DNA of 64,000 nucleotides from Nemertoderma westbladi. Lineage: Eukaryota > Animalia > Xenacoelomorpha. Position 1 is the stretch's first letter. Each line of letters begins with the position of its first letter. Shown here piece by piece: positions 1-15,000 of the stretch. The notes beneath the pieces are model-generated. The model searched no databases. It was not told the origin of the DNA and saw only the letters and a list, made by a program, of their open reading frames with translations. Position numbers and translations under genes: made by a program. The DNA is taken from assembly GCA_032718475.1 (NCBI GenBank), contig JAUCBJ010006414.1, positions 45,265 to 109,264 of the forward strand, in the 5' to 3' direction.

Positions 1-289
1 ACTTCTCCCGAATACACACTGTCACATAATAATGCAGTTCAACAAACTTCTCCCAAGTACACACTCGACATAATAATGCAGTTCAACAAACTTCTCCCGA
101 ATACACACTGTTACATAATAATGCAGTTCAACAAACTTCTCCCGAATACACACTGTCACATAATAATGCAGTTCAACAAACTTCTCCCAAGTACACACTG
201 TCACATAATAATGCAGTTCAACAAACTTCTCCCAAGTACACACTCGACATAATAATGCAGTTCAACAAACTTCTCCCGAGTACACACTC

Positions 290-3200
290 GACATAATAAT
301 GCAGTTCAACAAACTTCTCCCGAATACACACTGTCACATAATAATGCAGTTCAACAAACTTCTCCACCACAGTCACATAATAATGCAGTTCAACAAACTT
401 CTCCCGAATACACACTGTCACATAATAATGCAGTTCAACAAACTTCTCCACCACAGTCACATAATAATGCAGTTCAACAAACTTCTCCCGAATACACACT
501 GTCACATAATAATGCAGTTCAACAAACTTCTCCCAAGTACACACTGTCACATAATAATGCAGTTCAACAAACTTCTCCCAAGTACACACTCGACATAATA
601 ATGCAGTTCAACAAACTTCTCCCGAATACACACTGTCACATAATAATGCAGTTCAACAAACTTCTCCACCACAGTCACATAATAATGCAGTTCAACAAAC
701 TTCTCCCGAATACACACTGTCACATAATAATGCAGTTCAACAAACTTCTCCACCACTGTCACATAATAATGCAGTTCAACAAACTTCTCCCAAGTACACA
801 CTGTCACATAATAATGCAGTTCACTGAACTACTCCCAAGTACACACTGTCACATAATAATGCAGTTCAACAAACTTCTCCCGAATACACACTGTCACATA
901 ATAATGCAGTTCAACAAACTACTCCCAAGTACACACTGTCACATAATAATGCAGTTCAACAAACTTCTCCCGAATACACACTGTCACATAATAATGCAGT
1001 TCAACAAACTACTCCCAAGTACACACTGTCACATAATAATGCAGTTCAACAAACTTCTCCACCACAGTCACATAATAATGCAGTTCAACAAACTTCTCCC
1101 GAATACACACTGTCACATAATAATGCAGTTCAACAAACTTCTCCACCACTGTCACATAATAATGCAGTTCAACAAACTTCTCCCAAGTACACACTGTCAC
1201 ATAATAATGCAGTTCACTGAACTACTCCCAAGTACACACTGTCACATAATAATGCAGTTCAACAAACTTCTCCCGAATACACACTGTCACATAATAATGC
1301 AGTTCAACAAACTACTCCCAAGTACACACTCGACATAATAATGCAGTTCAACAAACTTCTCCCAAGTACACACTCGACATAATAATGCAGTTCACTGAAC
1401 TACTCCCAAGTACACACTGTCACATAATAATGTAGTTCAACAAACTTCTCCCAAGTACACACTGTCACATAATAATGCAGTTCAACAAACTTCTCCCAAG
1501 TACACACTCGACATAATAATGCAGTTCAATGAACTTCTCCTGAATACACACTGTCACATAATAATGCAGTTCAACAAACTTCTCCCAAGAACACACTCGA
1601 CATAATAATGCAGTTCAACAAACATCTCCCGAATACACACTGTCACATAATAATGCAGTTCAACAAACTTCTCCACCACAGTCACATAATAATGCAGTTC
1701 AACAAACTTCTCCCGAATACACACTGTCACATAATAATGCAGTTCAACAAACTTCTCCACCACTGTCACATAATAATGCAGTTCAACAAACTTCTCCCAA
1801 GTACACACTCGACATAATAATGCAGTTCAACAAACTTCTCCCGAATACACACTGTCACATAATAATGCAGTTCAACAAACTTCTCCACCACAGTCACATA
1901 ATAATGCAGTTCAACAAACTTCTCCCGAATACACACTGTCACATAATAATGCAGTTCAACAAACTTCTCCACCACTGTCACATAATAATGCAGTTCAACA
2001 AACTTCTCCCAAGTACACACTGTCACATAATAATGCAGTTCACTGAACTACTCCCAAGTACACACTGTCACATAATAATGCAGTTCAACAAACTTCTCCC
2101 GAATACACACTGTCACATAATAATGTAGTTCAACAAACTTCTCCCAAGTACACACTGTCACATAATAATGCAGTTCAACAAACTTCTCCCAAGTACACAC
2201 TCGACATAATAATGCAGTTCAACAAACTTCTCCCGAATACACACTCGACATAATAATGTAGTTCAACAAACTTCTCCCAAGTACACACTGTCACATAATA
2301 ATGCAGTTCAACAAACTTCTCCCGAATACACACTCGACATAATAATGCAGTTCAACAAACTTCTCCCAAGTACACACTGTCACATAATAATGCAGTTCAC
2401 TGAACTACTCCCAAGTACACACTGTCACATAATAATGCAGTTCAACAAACTTCTCCCGAATACACACTGTCACATAATAATGCAGTTCAACAAACTACTC
2501 CCAAGTACACACTGTCACATAATAATGCAGTTCAACAAACTTCTCCCGAATACACACTGTCACATAATAATGCAGTTCAACAAACTTCTCCACCACAGTC
2601 ACATAATAATGCAGTTCAACAAACTTCTCCCGAATACACACTGTCACATAATAATGCAGTTCAACAAACTTCTCCACCACTGTCACATAATAATGCAGTT
2701 CAACAAACTTCTCCCAAGTACACACTGTCACATAATAATGCAGTTCACTGAACTACTCCCGAATACACACTGTCACATAATAATGCAGTTCAACAAACTT
2801 CTCCACCACTGTCACATAATAATGCAGTTCAACAAACTTCTCCCAAGTACACACTGTCACATAATAATGCAGTTCAACAAACTTCTCCCGAATACACACT
2901 GTCACATAATAATGCAGTTCAACAAACTACTCCCAAGTACACACTCGACATAATAATGCAGTTCAACAAACTTCTCCCAAGTACACACTCGACATAATAA
3001 TGCAGTTCAACAAACTTCTCCCAAGTACACACTGTCACATAATAATGTAGTTCAACAAACTTCTCCCGAATACACACTGTCACATAATAATGTAGTTCAA
3101 CAAACTTCTCCCAAGTACACACTGTCACATAATAATGCAGTTCAACAAACTTCTCCCAAGTACACACTCGACATAATAATGCAGTTCAACAAACTTCTCC

Positions 3201-3830
3201 CGAATACACACTGTCACATAATAATGCAGTTCAACAAACTTCTCCACCACAGTCACATAATAATGCAGTTCAACAAACTTCTCCCGAATACACACTGTCA
3301 CATAATAATGCAGTTCAACAAACTTCTCCACCACTGTCACATAATAATGCAGTTCAACAAACTTCTCCCAAGTACACACTCGACATAATAATGCAGTTCA
3401 ACAAACTTCTCCCGAATACACACTGTCACATAATAATGCAGTTCAACAAACTTCTCCACCACAGTCACATAATAATGCAGTTCAACAAACTTCTCCCGAA
3501 TACACACTGTCACATAATAATGCAGTTCAACAAACTTCTCCACCACTGTCACATAATAATGCAGTTCAACAAACTTCTCCCAAGTACACACTGTCACATA
3601 ATAATGCAGTTCACTGAACTACTCCCAAGTACACACTGTCACATAATAATGCAGTTCAACAAACTTCTCCCGAATACACACTGTCACATAATAATGTAGT
3701 TCAACAAACTTCTCCCAAGTACACACTGTCACATAATAATGCAGTTCAACAAACTTCTCCCAAGTACACACTCGACATAATAATGCAGTTCAACAAACTT
3801 CTCCCGAATACACACTCGACATAATAATGC
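290..3830 (+). repeat. Sub-domain of mixed A/B/C/E monomers marked by the ACCACTGTC tail and the palindromic core variant AGTTCACTGAACTAC
   Basis: Palindromic variant at 818, 1211, 1389, 2037, 2394, 2742 and 3608 only. Identical ORF translations recur at offsets of 1219 (547 vs 1766) and 1571 (1766 vs 3337). Confidence 0.85.
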
Positions 3831-5940
3831 AGTTCAACAAACTTCTCCCAAGTACACACTGTCACATAATAATGTAGTTCAACAAACTTCTCCCAAGTAC
3901 ACACTGTCACATAATAATGTAGTTCAACAAACTTCTCCCAAGTACACACTGTCACATAATAATGCAGTTCAACAAACTTCTCCCGAATACACACTGTCAC
4001 ATAATAATGCAGTTCAACAAACTTCTCCCGAATACACACTGTCACATAATAATGCAGTTCAACAAACTTCTCCCGAATACACACTGTCACATAATAATGC
4101 AGTTCAACAAACTTCTCCCGAATACACACTGTCACATAATAATGCAGTTCAACAAACTTCTCCCGAATACACACTGTCACATAATAATGCAGTTCAACAA
4201 ACTTCTCCCGAATACACACTGTCACATAATAATGCAGTTCAACAAACTTCTCCCGAATACACACTGTCACATAATAATGCAGTTCAACAAACTTCTCCCG
4301 AGTACACACTGTCACATAATAATGTAGTTCAACAAACTTCTCCCCCACAGTCACATAATAATGCAGTTCAACAAACTTCTCCCCCACAGTCACATAATAA
4401 TGCAGTTCAACAAACTTCTCCCAAGTACACACTGTCACATAATAATGCAGTTCAACAAACTTCTCCCGAGTACACACTGTCACATAATAATGCAGTTCAA
4501 CAAACTACTCCCGAATACACACTGTCACATAATAATGCAGTTCAACAAACTTCTCCCGAATACACACTGTCACATAATAATGCAGTTCAACAAACTTCTC
4601 CCGAATACACACTGTCACATAATAATGCAGTTCAACAAACTTCTCCCGAATACACACTGTCACATAATAATGCAGTTCAACAAACTTCTCCCGAATACAC
4701 ACTGTCACATAATAATGCAGTTCAACAAACTTCTCCCGAATACACACTGTCACATAATAATGCAGTTCAACAAACTTCTCCCGAATACACACTGTCACAT
4801 AATAATGCAGTTCAACAAACTTCTCCCGAATACACACTGTCACATAATAATGCAGTTCAACAAACTACTCCCGAATACACACTCGACATAATAATGCAGT
4901 TCAACAAACTTCTCCCGAATACACACTGTCACATAATAATGCAGTTCAACAAACTTCTCCCGAATACACACTGTCACATAATAATGCAGTTCAACAAACT
5001 TCTCCCGAATACACACTGTCACATAATAATGCAGTTCAACAAACTTCTCCCGAGTACACACTGTCACATAATAATGCAGTTCAACAAACTTCTCCCGAAT
5101 ACACACTGTCACATAATAATGCAGTTCAACAAACTTCTCCCCCACAGTCACATAATAATGCAGTTCAACAAACTTCTCCCAAGTACACACTGTCACATAA
5201 TAATGCAGTTCAACAAACTTCTCCCGAATACACACTGTCACATAATAATGCAGTTCAACAAACTTCTCCCCCACAGTCACATAATAATGCAGTTCAACAA
5301 ACTTCTCCCAAGTACACACTGTCACATAATAATGCAGTTCAACAAACTTCTCCCGAATACACACTGTCACATAATAATGCAGTTCAACAAACTTCTCCCG
5401 AATACACACTGTCACATAATAATGCAGTTCAACAAACTTCTCCCGAATACACACTGTCACATAATAATGCAGTTCAACAAACTTCTCCCGAGTACACACT
5501 GTCACATAATAATGTAGTTCAACAAACTTCTCCCGAATACACACTGTCACATAATAATGCAGTTCAACAAACTTCTCCCCCACAGTCACATAATAATGCA
5601 GTTCAACAAACTTCTCCCGAATACACACTGTCACATAATAATGCAGTTCAACAAACTTCTCCCGAATACACACTGTCACATAATAATGCAGTTCAACAAA
5701 CTTCTCCCGAGTACACACTGTCACATAATAATGTAGTTCAACAAACTTCTCCCGAATACACACTATCACATAATAATGCAGTTCAACAAACTTCTCCCCC
5801 ACAGTCACATAATAATGCAGTTCAACAAACTTCTCCCCCACAGTCACATAATAATGCAGTTCAACAAACTTCTCCCAAGTACACACTGTCACATAATAAT
5901 GTAGTTCAACAAACTTCTCCCGAATACACACTGTCACATA
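3830..5940 (+). repeat. Sub-domain of 45-bp A runs with F (CCCACAGTC) and CGAGTAC tails
   Basis: Pure A runs at about 3960-4270 and 4530-4840; F tails from 4341 to about 5845; CCCGAGTAC tails near 4300, 4470, 5050, 5490 and 5710. Confidence 0.8.
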
Positions 5941-8900
5941 ATAATGCAGTTCAACAAACTTCTCCACCACAGTCACATAATAATGCAGTTCAACAAACTT
6001 CTCCACCACAGTCACATAATAATGCAGTTCAACAAACTTCTCCCGAATACACACTGTCACATAATAATGCAGTTCAACAAACTTCTCCACCACAGTCACA
6101 TAATAATGCAGTTCAACAAACTTCTCCCGAATACACACTGTCACATAATAATGCAGTTCAACAAACTTCTCCACCACAGTCACATAATAATGCAGTTCAA
6201 CAAACTTCTCCCGAATACACACTGTCACATAATAATGCAGTTCAACAAACTTCTCCACCACAGTCACATAATAATGCAGTTCAACAAACTTCTCCCGAAT
6301 ACACACTGTCACATAATAATGCAGTTCAACAAACTTCTCCCGAATACACACTGTCACATAATAATGCAGTTCAACAAACTTCTCCACCACAGTCACATAA
6401 TAATGCAGTTCAACAAACTTCTCCCGAATACACACTGTCACATAATAATGCAGTTCAACAAACTTCTCCACCACAGTCACATAATAATGCAGTTCAACAA
6501 ACTTCTCCCGAATACACACTGTCACATAATAATGCAGTTCAACAAACTTCTCCACCACAGTCACATAATAATGCAGTTCAACAAACTTCTCCCGAATACA
6601 CACTGTCACATAATAATGCAGTTCAACAAACTTCTCCACCACAGTCACATAATAATGCAGTTCAACAAACTTCTCCCGAATACACACTGTCACATAATAA
6701 TGCAGTTCAACAAACTTCTCCACCACAGTCACATAATAATGCAGTTCAACAAACTTCTCCCGAATACACACTGTCACATAATAATGTAGTTCAACAAACT
6801 TCTCCACCACAGTCACATAATAATGCAGTTCAACAAACTTCTCCACCACAGTCACATAATAATGCAGTTCAACAAACTTCTCCCGAATACACACTGTCAC
6901 ATAATAATGCAGTTCAACAAACTTCTCCACCACAGTCACATAATAATGCAGTTCAACAAACTTCTCCCGAATACACACTGTCACATAATAATGCAGTTCA
7001 ACAAACTTCTCCACCACAGTCACATAATAATGCAGTTCAACAAACTTCTCCCGAATACACACTGTCACATAATAATGCAGTTCAACAAACTTCTCCACCA
7101 CAGTCACATAATAATGCAGTTCAACAAACTTCTCCACCACAGTCACATAATAATGCAGTTCAACAAACTTCTCCCGAATACACACTGTCACATAATAATG
7201 CAGTTCAACAAACTTCTCCACCACAGTCACATAATAATGCAGTTCAACAAACTTCTCCCGAATACACACTGTCACATAATAATGCAGTTCAACAAACTTC
7301 TCCACCACAGTCACATAATAATGCAGTTCAACAAACTTCTCCACCACAGTCACATAATAATGCAGTTCAACAAACTTCTCCCGAATACACACTGTCACAT
7401 AATAATGCAGTTCAACAAACTTCTCCACCACAGTCACATAATAATGCAGTTCAACAAACTTCTCCCGAATACACACTGTCACATAATAATGCAGTTCAAC
7501 AAACTTCTCCACCACAGTCACATAATAATGCAGTTCAACAAACTTCTCCCGAATACACACTGTCACATAATAATGCAGTTCAACAAACTTCTCCACCACA
7601 GTCACATAATAATGCAGTTCAACAAACTTCTCCACCACAGTCACATAATAATGCAGTTCAACAAACTTCTCCCGAATACACACTGTCACATAATAATGCA
7701 GTTCAACAAACTTCTCCACCACAGTCACATAATAATGCAGTTCAACAAACTTCTCCCGAATACACACTGTCACATAATAATGCAGTTCAACAAACTTCTC
7801 CACCACAGTCACATAATAATGCAGTTCAACAAACTTCTCCCGAATACACACTGTCACATAATAATGCAGTTCAACAAACTTCTCCCACCACAGTCACATA
7901 ATAATGCAGTTCAACAAACTTCTCCCGAGTACACACTGTCACATAATAATGCAGTTCAACAAACTTCTCCACCACAGTCACATAATAATGCAGTTCAACA
8001 AACTTCTCCCGAATACACACTGTCACATAATAATGCAGTTCAACAAACTTCTCCACCACAGTCACATAATAATGCAGTTCAACAAACTTCTCCCGAATAC
8101 ACACTGTCACATAATAATGCAGTTCAACAAACTTCTCCCCCACAGTCACATAATAATGCAGTTCAACAAACTTCTCCCGAATACACACTGTCACATAATA
8201 ATGCAGTTCAACAAACTTCTCCACCACAGTCACATAATAATGCAGTTCAACAAACTTCTCCCGAATACACACTGTCACATAATAATGCAGTTCAACAAAC
8301 TTCTCCACCACAGTCACATAATAATGCAGTTCAACAAACTTCTCCACCACAGTCACATAATAATGCAGTTCAACAAACTTCTCCCCCACAGTCACATAAT
8401 AATGCAGTTCAACAAACTTCTCCACCACTGTCACATAATAATGCAGTTCAACAAACTTCTCCACCACAGTCACATAATAATGCAGTTCAACAAACTTCTC
8501 CCGAATACACACTGTCACATAATAATGCAGTTCAACAAACTTCTCCCAAGTACACACTGTCACATAATAATGTAGTTCAACAAACTTCTCCCGAATACAC
8601 ACTGTCACATAATAATGCAGTTCAACAAACTTCTCCACCACAGTCACATAATAATGCAGTTCAACAAACTTCTCCACCACAGTCACATAATAATGCAGTT
8701 CAACAAACTTCTCCCGAATACACACTGTCACATAATAATGCAGTTCAACAAACTTCTCCCGAATACACACTGTCACATAATAATGCAGTTCAACAAACTT
8801 CTCCACCACAGTCACATAATAATGCAGTTCAACAAACTTCTCCCGAATACACACTGTCACATAATAATGCAGTTCAACAAACTTCTCCACCACAGTCACA
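5940..8900 (+). repeat. Sub-domain of alternating A (45) and E (39) monomers, an 84-bp dimer with no 44-bp monomers
   Basis: CGAATACACACTGTC and ACCACAGTC tails alternate; no TCGAC tail between about 4890 and 8938. Confidence 0.85.
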
Positions 8901-11900
8901 TAATAATGCGGTTCAACAAACTTCTCCCAAGTACACACTCGACATAATAATGCAGTTCAACAAACTTCTCCCGAATACACACTGTCACATAATAATGCAG
9001 TTCAACAAACTTCTCCCCCACAGTCACATAATAATGCAGTTCAACAAACTTCTCCACCACTGTCACATAATAATGCAGTTCAACAAACTTCTCCACCACA
9101 GTCACATAATAATGCAGTTCAACAAACTTCTCCCGAATACACACTGTCACATAATAATGCAGTTCAACAAACTTCTCCACCACAGTCACATAATAATGCA
9201 GTTCAACAAACTTCTCCACCACAGTCACATAATAATGCAGTTCAACAAACTTCTCCACCACAGTCACATAATAATGCAGTTCAACAAACTTCTCCCAAGT
9301 ACACACTGTCACATAATAATGTAGTTCAACAAACTTCTCCCGAATACACACTGTCACATAATAATGCAGTTCAACAAACTTCTCCACCACAGTCACATAA
9401 TAATGCAGTTCAACAAACTTCTCCACCACAGTCACATAATAATGCAGTTCAACAAACTTCTCCCGAATACACACTGTCACATAATAATGCAGTTCAACAA
9501 ACTTCTCCCGAATACACACTGTCACATAATAATGCAGTTCAACAAACTTCTCCACCACAGTCACATAATAATGCAGTTCAACAAACTTCTCCCGAATACA
9601 CACTGTCACATAATAATGCAGTTCAACAAACTTCTCCACCACAGTCACATAATAATGCGGTTCAACAAACTTCTCCCAAGTACACACTCGACATAATAAT
9701 GCAGTTCAACAAACTTCTCCCGAATACACACTGTCACATAATAATGCAGTTCAACAAACTTCTCCCGAATACACACTGTTACATAATAATGCAGTTCAAC
9801 AAACTTCTCCACCACAGTCACATAATAATGCAGTTCAACAAACTTCTCCACCACAGTCACATAATAATGCAGTTCAACAAACTTCTCCCAAGTACACACT
9901 CGACATAATAATGCAGTTCAACAAACTTCTCCCGAATACACACTGTCACATAATAATGCAGTTCAACAAACTTCTCCACCACAGTCACATAATAATGCAG
10001 TTCAACAAACTTCTCCACCACAGTCACATAATAATGCAGTTCAACAAACTTCCCCCGAATACACACTGTCACATAATAATGCAGTTCAACAAACTTCTCC
10101 CAAGTACACACTGTCACATAATAATGCGGTTCAACAAACTTCTCCCAAGTACACACTCGACATAATAATGCAGTTCAACAAACTTCTCCCGAATACACAC
10201 TGTCACATAATAATGCAGTTCAACAAACTTCTCCCGAATACACACTGTTACATAATAATGCAGTTCAACAAACTTCTCCACCACAGTCACATAATAATGC
10301 AGTTCAACAAACTTCTCCACCACAGTCACATAATAATGCAGTTCAACAAACTTCTCCACCACAGTCACATAATAATGCAGTTCAACAAACTTCTCCCGAA
10401 TACACACTGTCACATAATAATGCAGTTCAACAAACTTCTCCACCACAGTCACATAATAATGCAGTTCAACAAACTTCTCCACCACAGTCACATAATAATG
10501 CAGTTCAACAAACTTCTCCCAAGTACACACTGTCACATAATAATGCGGTTCAACAAACTTCTCCCAAGTACACACTCGACATAATAATGCAGTTCAACAA
10601 ACTTCTCCCGAATACACACTGTCACATAATAATGCAGTTCAACAAACTTCTCCCGAATACACACTGTCACATAATAATGCGGTTCAACAAACTTCTCCCA
10701 AGTACACACTGTCACATAATAATGCAGTTCAACAAACTTCTCCCGAATACACACTGTCACATAATAATGCGGTTCAACAAACTTCTCCCAAGTACACACT
10801 GTCACATAATAATGCAGTTCAACAAACTTCTCCCGAATACACACTGTCACATAATAATGCAGTTCAACAAACTTCTCCCAAGTACACACTCGACATAATA
10901 ATGCAGTTCAACAAACTTCTCCCGAATACACACTGTCACATAATAATGCAGTTCAACAAACTTCTCCACCACAGTCACATAATAATGCAGTTCAACAAAC
11001 TTCTCCACCACAGTCACATAATAATGCAGTTCAACAAACTTCTCCCAAGTACACACTGTCACATAATAATGCGGTTCAACAAACTTCTCCCAAGTACACA
11101 CTCGACATAATAATGCAGTTCAACAAACTTCTCCCGAATACACACTGTCACATAATAATGCAGTTCAACAAACTTCTCCCGAATACACACTGTCACATAA
11201 TAATGCGGTTCAACAAACTTCTCCCAAGTACACACTGTCACATAATAATGCAGTTCAACAAACTTCTCCCAAGTACACACTCGACATAATAATGCAGTTC
11301 AACAAACTTCTCCCGAATACACACTGTCACATAATAATGCAGTTCAACAAACTTCTCCACCACAGTCACATAATAATGCAGTTCAACAAACTTCTCCACC
11401 ACAGTCACATAATAATGCAGTTCAACAAACTTCTCCCAAGTACACACTGTCACATAATAATGCGGTTCAACAAACTTCTCCCAAGTACACACTCGACATA
11501 ATAATGCAGTTCAACAAACTTCTCCCGAATACACACTGTCACATAATAATGCAGTTCAACAAACTTCTCCCGAATACACACTGTCACATAATAATGCGGT
11601 TCAACAAACTTCTCCCAAGTACACACTGTCACATAATAATGCAGTTCAACAAACTTCTCCCGAATACACACTGTCACATAATAATGCGGTTCAACAAACT
11701 TCTCCCAAGTACACACTGTCACATAATAATGCAGTTCAACAAACTTCTCCCGAATACACACTGTCACATAATAATGCGGTTCAACAAACTTCTCCCAAGT
11801 ACACACTGTCACATAATAATGCAGTTCAACAAACTTCTCCACCACAGTCACATAATAATGCAGTTCAACAAACTTCTCCCGAATACACACTGTCACATAA

Positions 11901-14900
11901 TAATGCAGTTCAACAAACTTCTCCCAAGTACACACTCGACATAATAATGCAGTTCAACAAACTTCTCCCAAGTACACACTCGACATAATAATGCAGTTCA
12001 ACAAACTTCTCCCGAATACACACTGTCACATAATAATGCAGTTCAACAAACTTCTCCACCACAGTCACATAATAATGCAGTTCAACAAACTTCTCCACCA
12101 CAGTCACATAATAATGCAGTTCAACAAACTTCTCCCAAGTACACACTGTCACATAATAATGCGGTTCAACAAACTTCTCCCAAGTACACACTCGACATAA
12201 TAATGCAGTTCAACAAACTTCTCCCGAATACACACTGTCACATAATAATGCAGTTCAACAAACTTCTCCCGAATACACACTGTCACATAATAATGCGGTT
12301 CAACAAACTTCTCCCAAGTACACACTGTCACATAATAATGCAGTTCAACAAACTTCTCCCAAGTACACACTCGACATAATAATGCAGTTCAACAAACTTC
12401 TCCCGAATACACACTGTCACATAATAATGCAGTTCAACAAACTTCTCCACCACAGTCACATAATAATGCAGTTCAACAAACTTCTCCACCACAGTCACAT
12501 AATAATGCAGTTCAACAAACTTCTCCCAAGTACACACTGTCACATAATAATGCGGTTCAACAAACTTCTCCCAAGTACACACTCGACATAATAATGCAGT
12601 TCAACAAACTTCTCCCGAATACACACTGTCACATAATAATGCAGTTCAACAAACTTCTCCCGAATACACACTGTCACATAATAATGCGGTTCAACAAACT
12701 TCTCCCAAGTACACACTGTCACATAATAATGCAGTTCAACAAACTTCTCCCGAATACACACTGTCACATAATAATGCGGTTCAACAAACTTCTCCCAAGT
12801 ACACACTGTCACATAATAATGCAGTTCAACAAACTTCTCCCGAATACACACTGTCACATAATAATGCGGTTCAACAAACTTCTCCCAAGTACACACTGTC
12901 ACATAATAATGCAGTTCAACAAACTTCTCCACCACAGTCACATAATAATGCAGTTCAACAAACTTCTCCCGAATACACACTGTCACATAATAATGCAGTT
13001 CAACAAACTTCTCCCGAATACACACTGTCACATAATAATGCAGTTCAACAAACTTCTCCACCACAGTCACATAATAATGCAGTTCAACAAACTTCTCCAC
13101 CACAGTCACATAATAATGCAGTTCAACAAACTTCTCCCGAATACACACTGTTACATAATAATGCAGTTCAACAAACTTCTCCCGAATACACACTGTCACA
13201 TAATAATGCAGTTCAACAAACTTCTCCACCACAGTCACATAATAATGCAGTTCAACAAACTTCTCCCGAATACACACTGTTACATAATAATGCAGTTCAA
13301 CAAACTTCTCCCGAATACACACTGTCACATAATAATGCAGTTCAACAAACTTCTCCCAAGTACACACTGTCACATAATAATGCGGTTCAACAAACTTCTC
13401 CCAAGTACACACTCGACATAATAATGCAGTTCAACAAACTTCTCCCGAATACACACTGTCACATAATAATGCAGTTCAACAAACTTCTCCCGAATACACA
13501 CTGTCACATAATAATGCAGTTCAACAAACTTCTCCACCACAGTCACATAATAATGCAGTTCAACAAACTTCTCCCGAATACACACTGTCACATAATAATG
13601 CAGTTCAACAAACTTCTCCACCACAGTCACATAATAATGCAGTTCAACAAACTTCTCCCGAATACACACTGTCACATAATAATGCAGTTCAACAAACTTC
13701 TCCCGAATACACACTGTCACATAATAATGCAGTTCAACAAACTTCTCCACCACAGTCACATAATAATGCAGTTCAACAAACTTCTCCACCACAGTCACAT
13801 AATAATGCAGTTCAACAAACTTCTCCCGAATACACACTGTCACATAATAATGCAGTTCAACAAACTTCTCCCAAGTACACACTGTCACATAATAATGCGG
13901 TTCAACAAACTTCTCCCAAGTACACACTCGACATAATAATGCAGTTCAACAAACTTCTCCCGAATACACACTGTCACATAATAATGCAGTTCAACAAACT
14001 TCTCCCGAATACACACTGTTACATAATAATGCAGTTCAACAAACTTCTCCCGAATACACACTGTCACATAATAATGCAGTTCAACAAACTTCTCCACCAC
14101 AGTCACATAATAATGCAGTTCAACAAACTTCTCCCGAATACACACTGTCACATAATAATGCAGTTCAACAAACTTCTCCACCACAGTCACATAATAATGC
14201 AGTTCAACAAACTTCTCCCGAATACACACTGTCACATAATAATGTAGTTCAACAAACTTCTCCCGAATACACACTGTCACATAATAATGCAGTTCAACAA
14301 ACTTCTCCACCACAGTCACATAATAATGCAGTTCAACAAACTTCTCCCGAATACACACTGTCACATAATAATGCAGTTCAACAAACTTCTCCCGAATACA
14401 CACTGTCACATAATAATGCAGTTCAACAAACTTCTCCCAAGTACACACTGTCACATAATAATGCGGTTCAACAAACTTCTCCCAAGTACACACTCGACAT
14501 AATAATGCAGTTCAACAAACTTCTCCCGAATACACACTGTCACATAATAATGCAGTTCAACAAACTTCTCCCGAATACACACTGTCACATAATAATGCGG
14601 TTCAACAAACTTCTCCCAAGTACACACTGTCACATAATAATGCAGTTCAACAAACTTCTCCCGAATACACACTGTCACATAATAATGCGGTTCAACAAAC
14701 TTCTCCCAAGTACACACTGTCACATAATAATGCAGTTCAACAAACTTCTCCCGAATACACACTGTCACATAATAATGCAGTTCAACAAACTTCTCCCGAA
14801 TACACACTGTCACATAATAATGCGGTTCAACAAACTTCTCCCAAGTACACACTGTCACATAATAATGCAGTTCAACAAACTTCTCCCGAATACACACTGT

Positions 14901-15000
14901 CACATAATAATGCAGTTCAACAAACTTCTCCCAAGTACACACTGTCACATAATAATGCGGTTCAACAAACTTCTCCCAAGTACACACTCGACATAATAAT
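8900..15000 (+). repeat. Sub-domain marked by the TGCGGTT core variant, with nested higher-order repeats
   Basis: TGCGGTT occurs frequently from 8908 to 14960, here on CAAGT-tailed monomers. Block offsets of 749, 391 and 1090 bp are visible from identical ORF translations. Confidence 0.85.

Noticed and set aside
24-40. CATAAT/TAATAAT resembling a bacterial -10 box, and TGTCACA resembling a CRP or TGIF/MEIS half-site, in most monomers
   Set aside because: Short AT-rich matches are expected by chance in a 45-bp unit, and there is no gene context or other support.
4840-9324. 1005-aa (-) and 833-aa (+) ORFs with His/Cys periodicity suggestive of a metal-binding or zinc-finger repeat
   Set aside because: The spacing does not match C2H2 or other known motifs. 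The common TGTAG variant creates TAG stops in the + frame and 44-bp monomers cause frameshifts.
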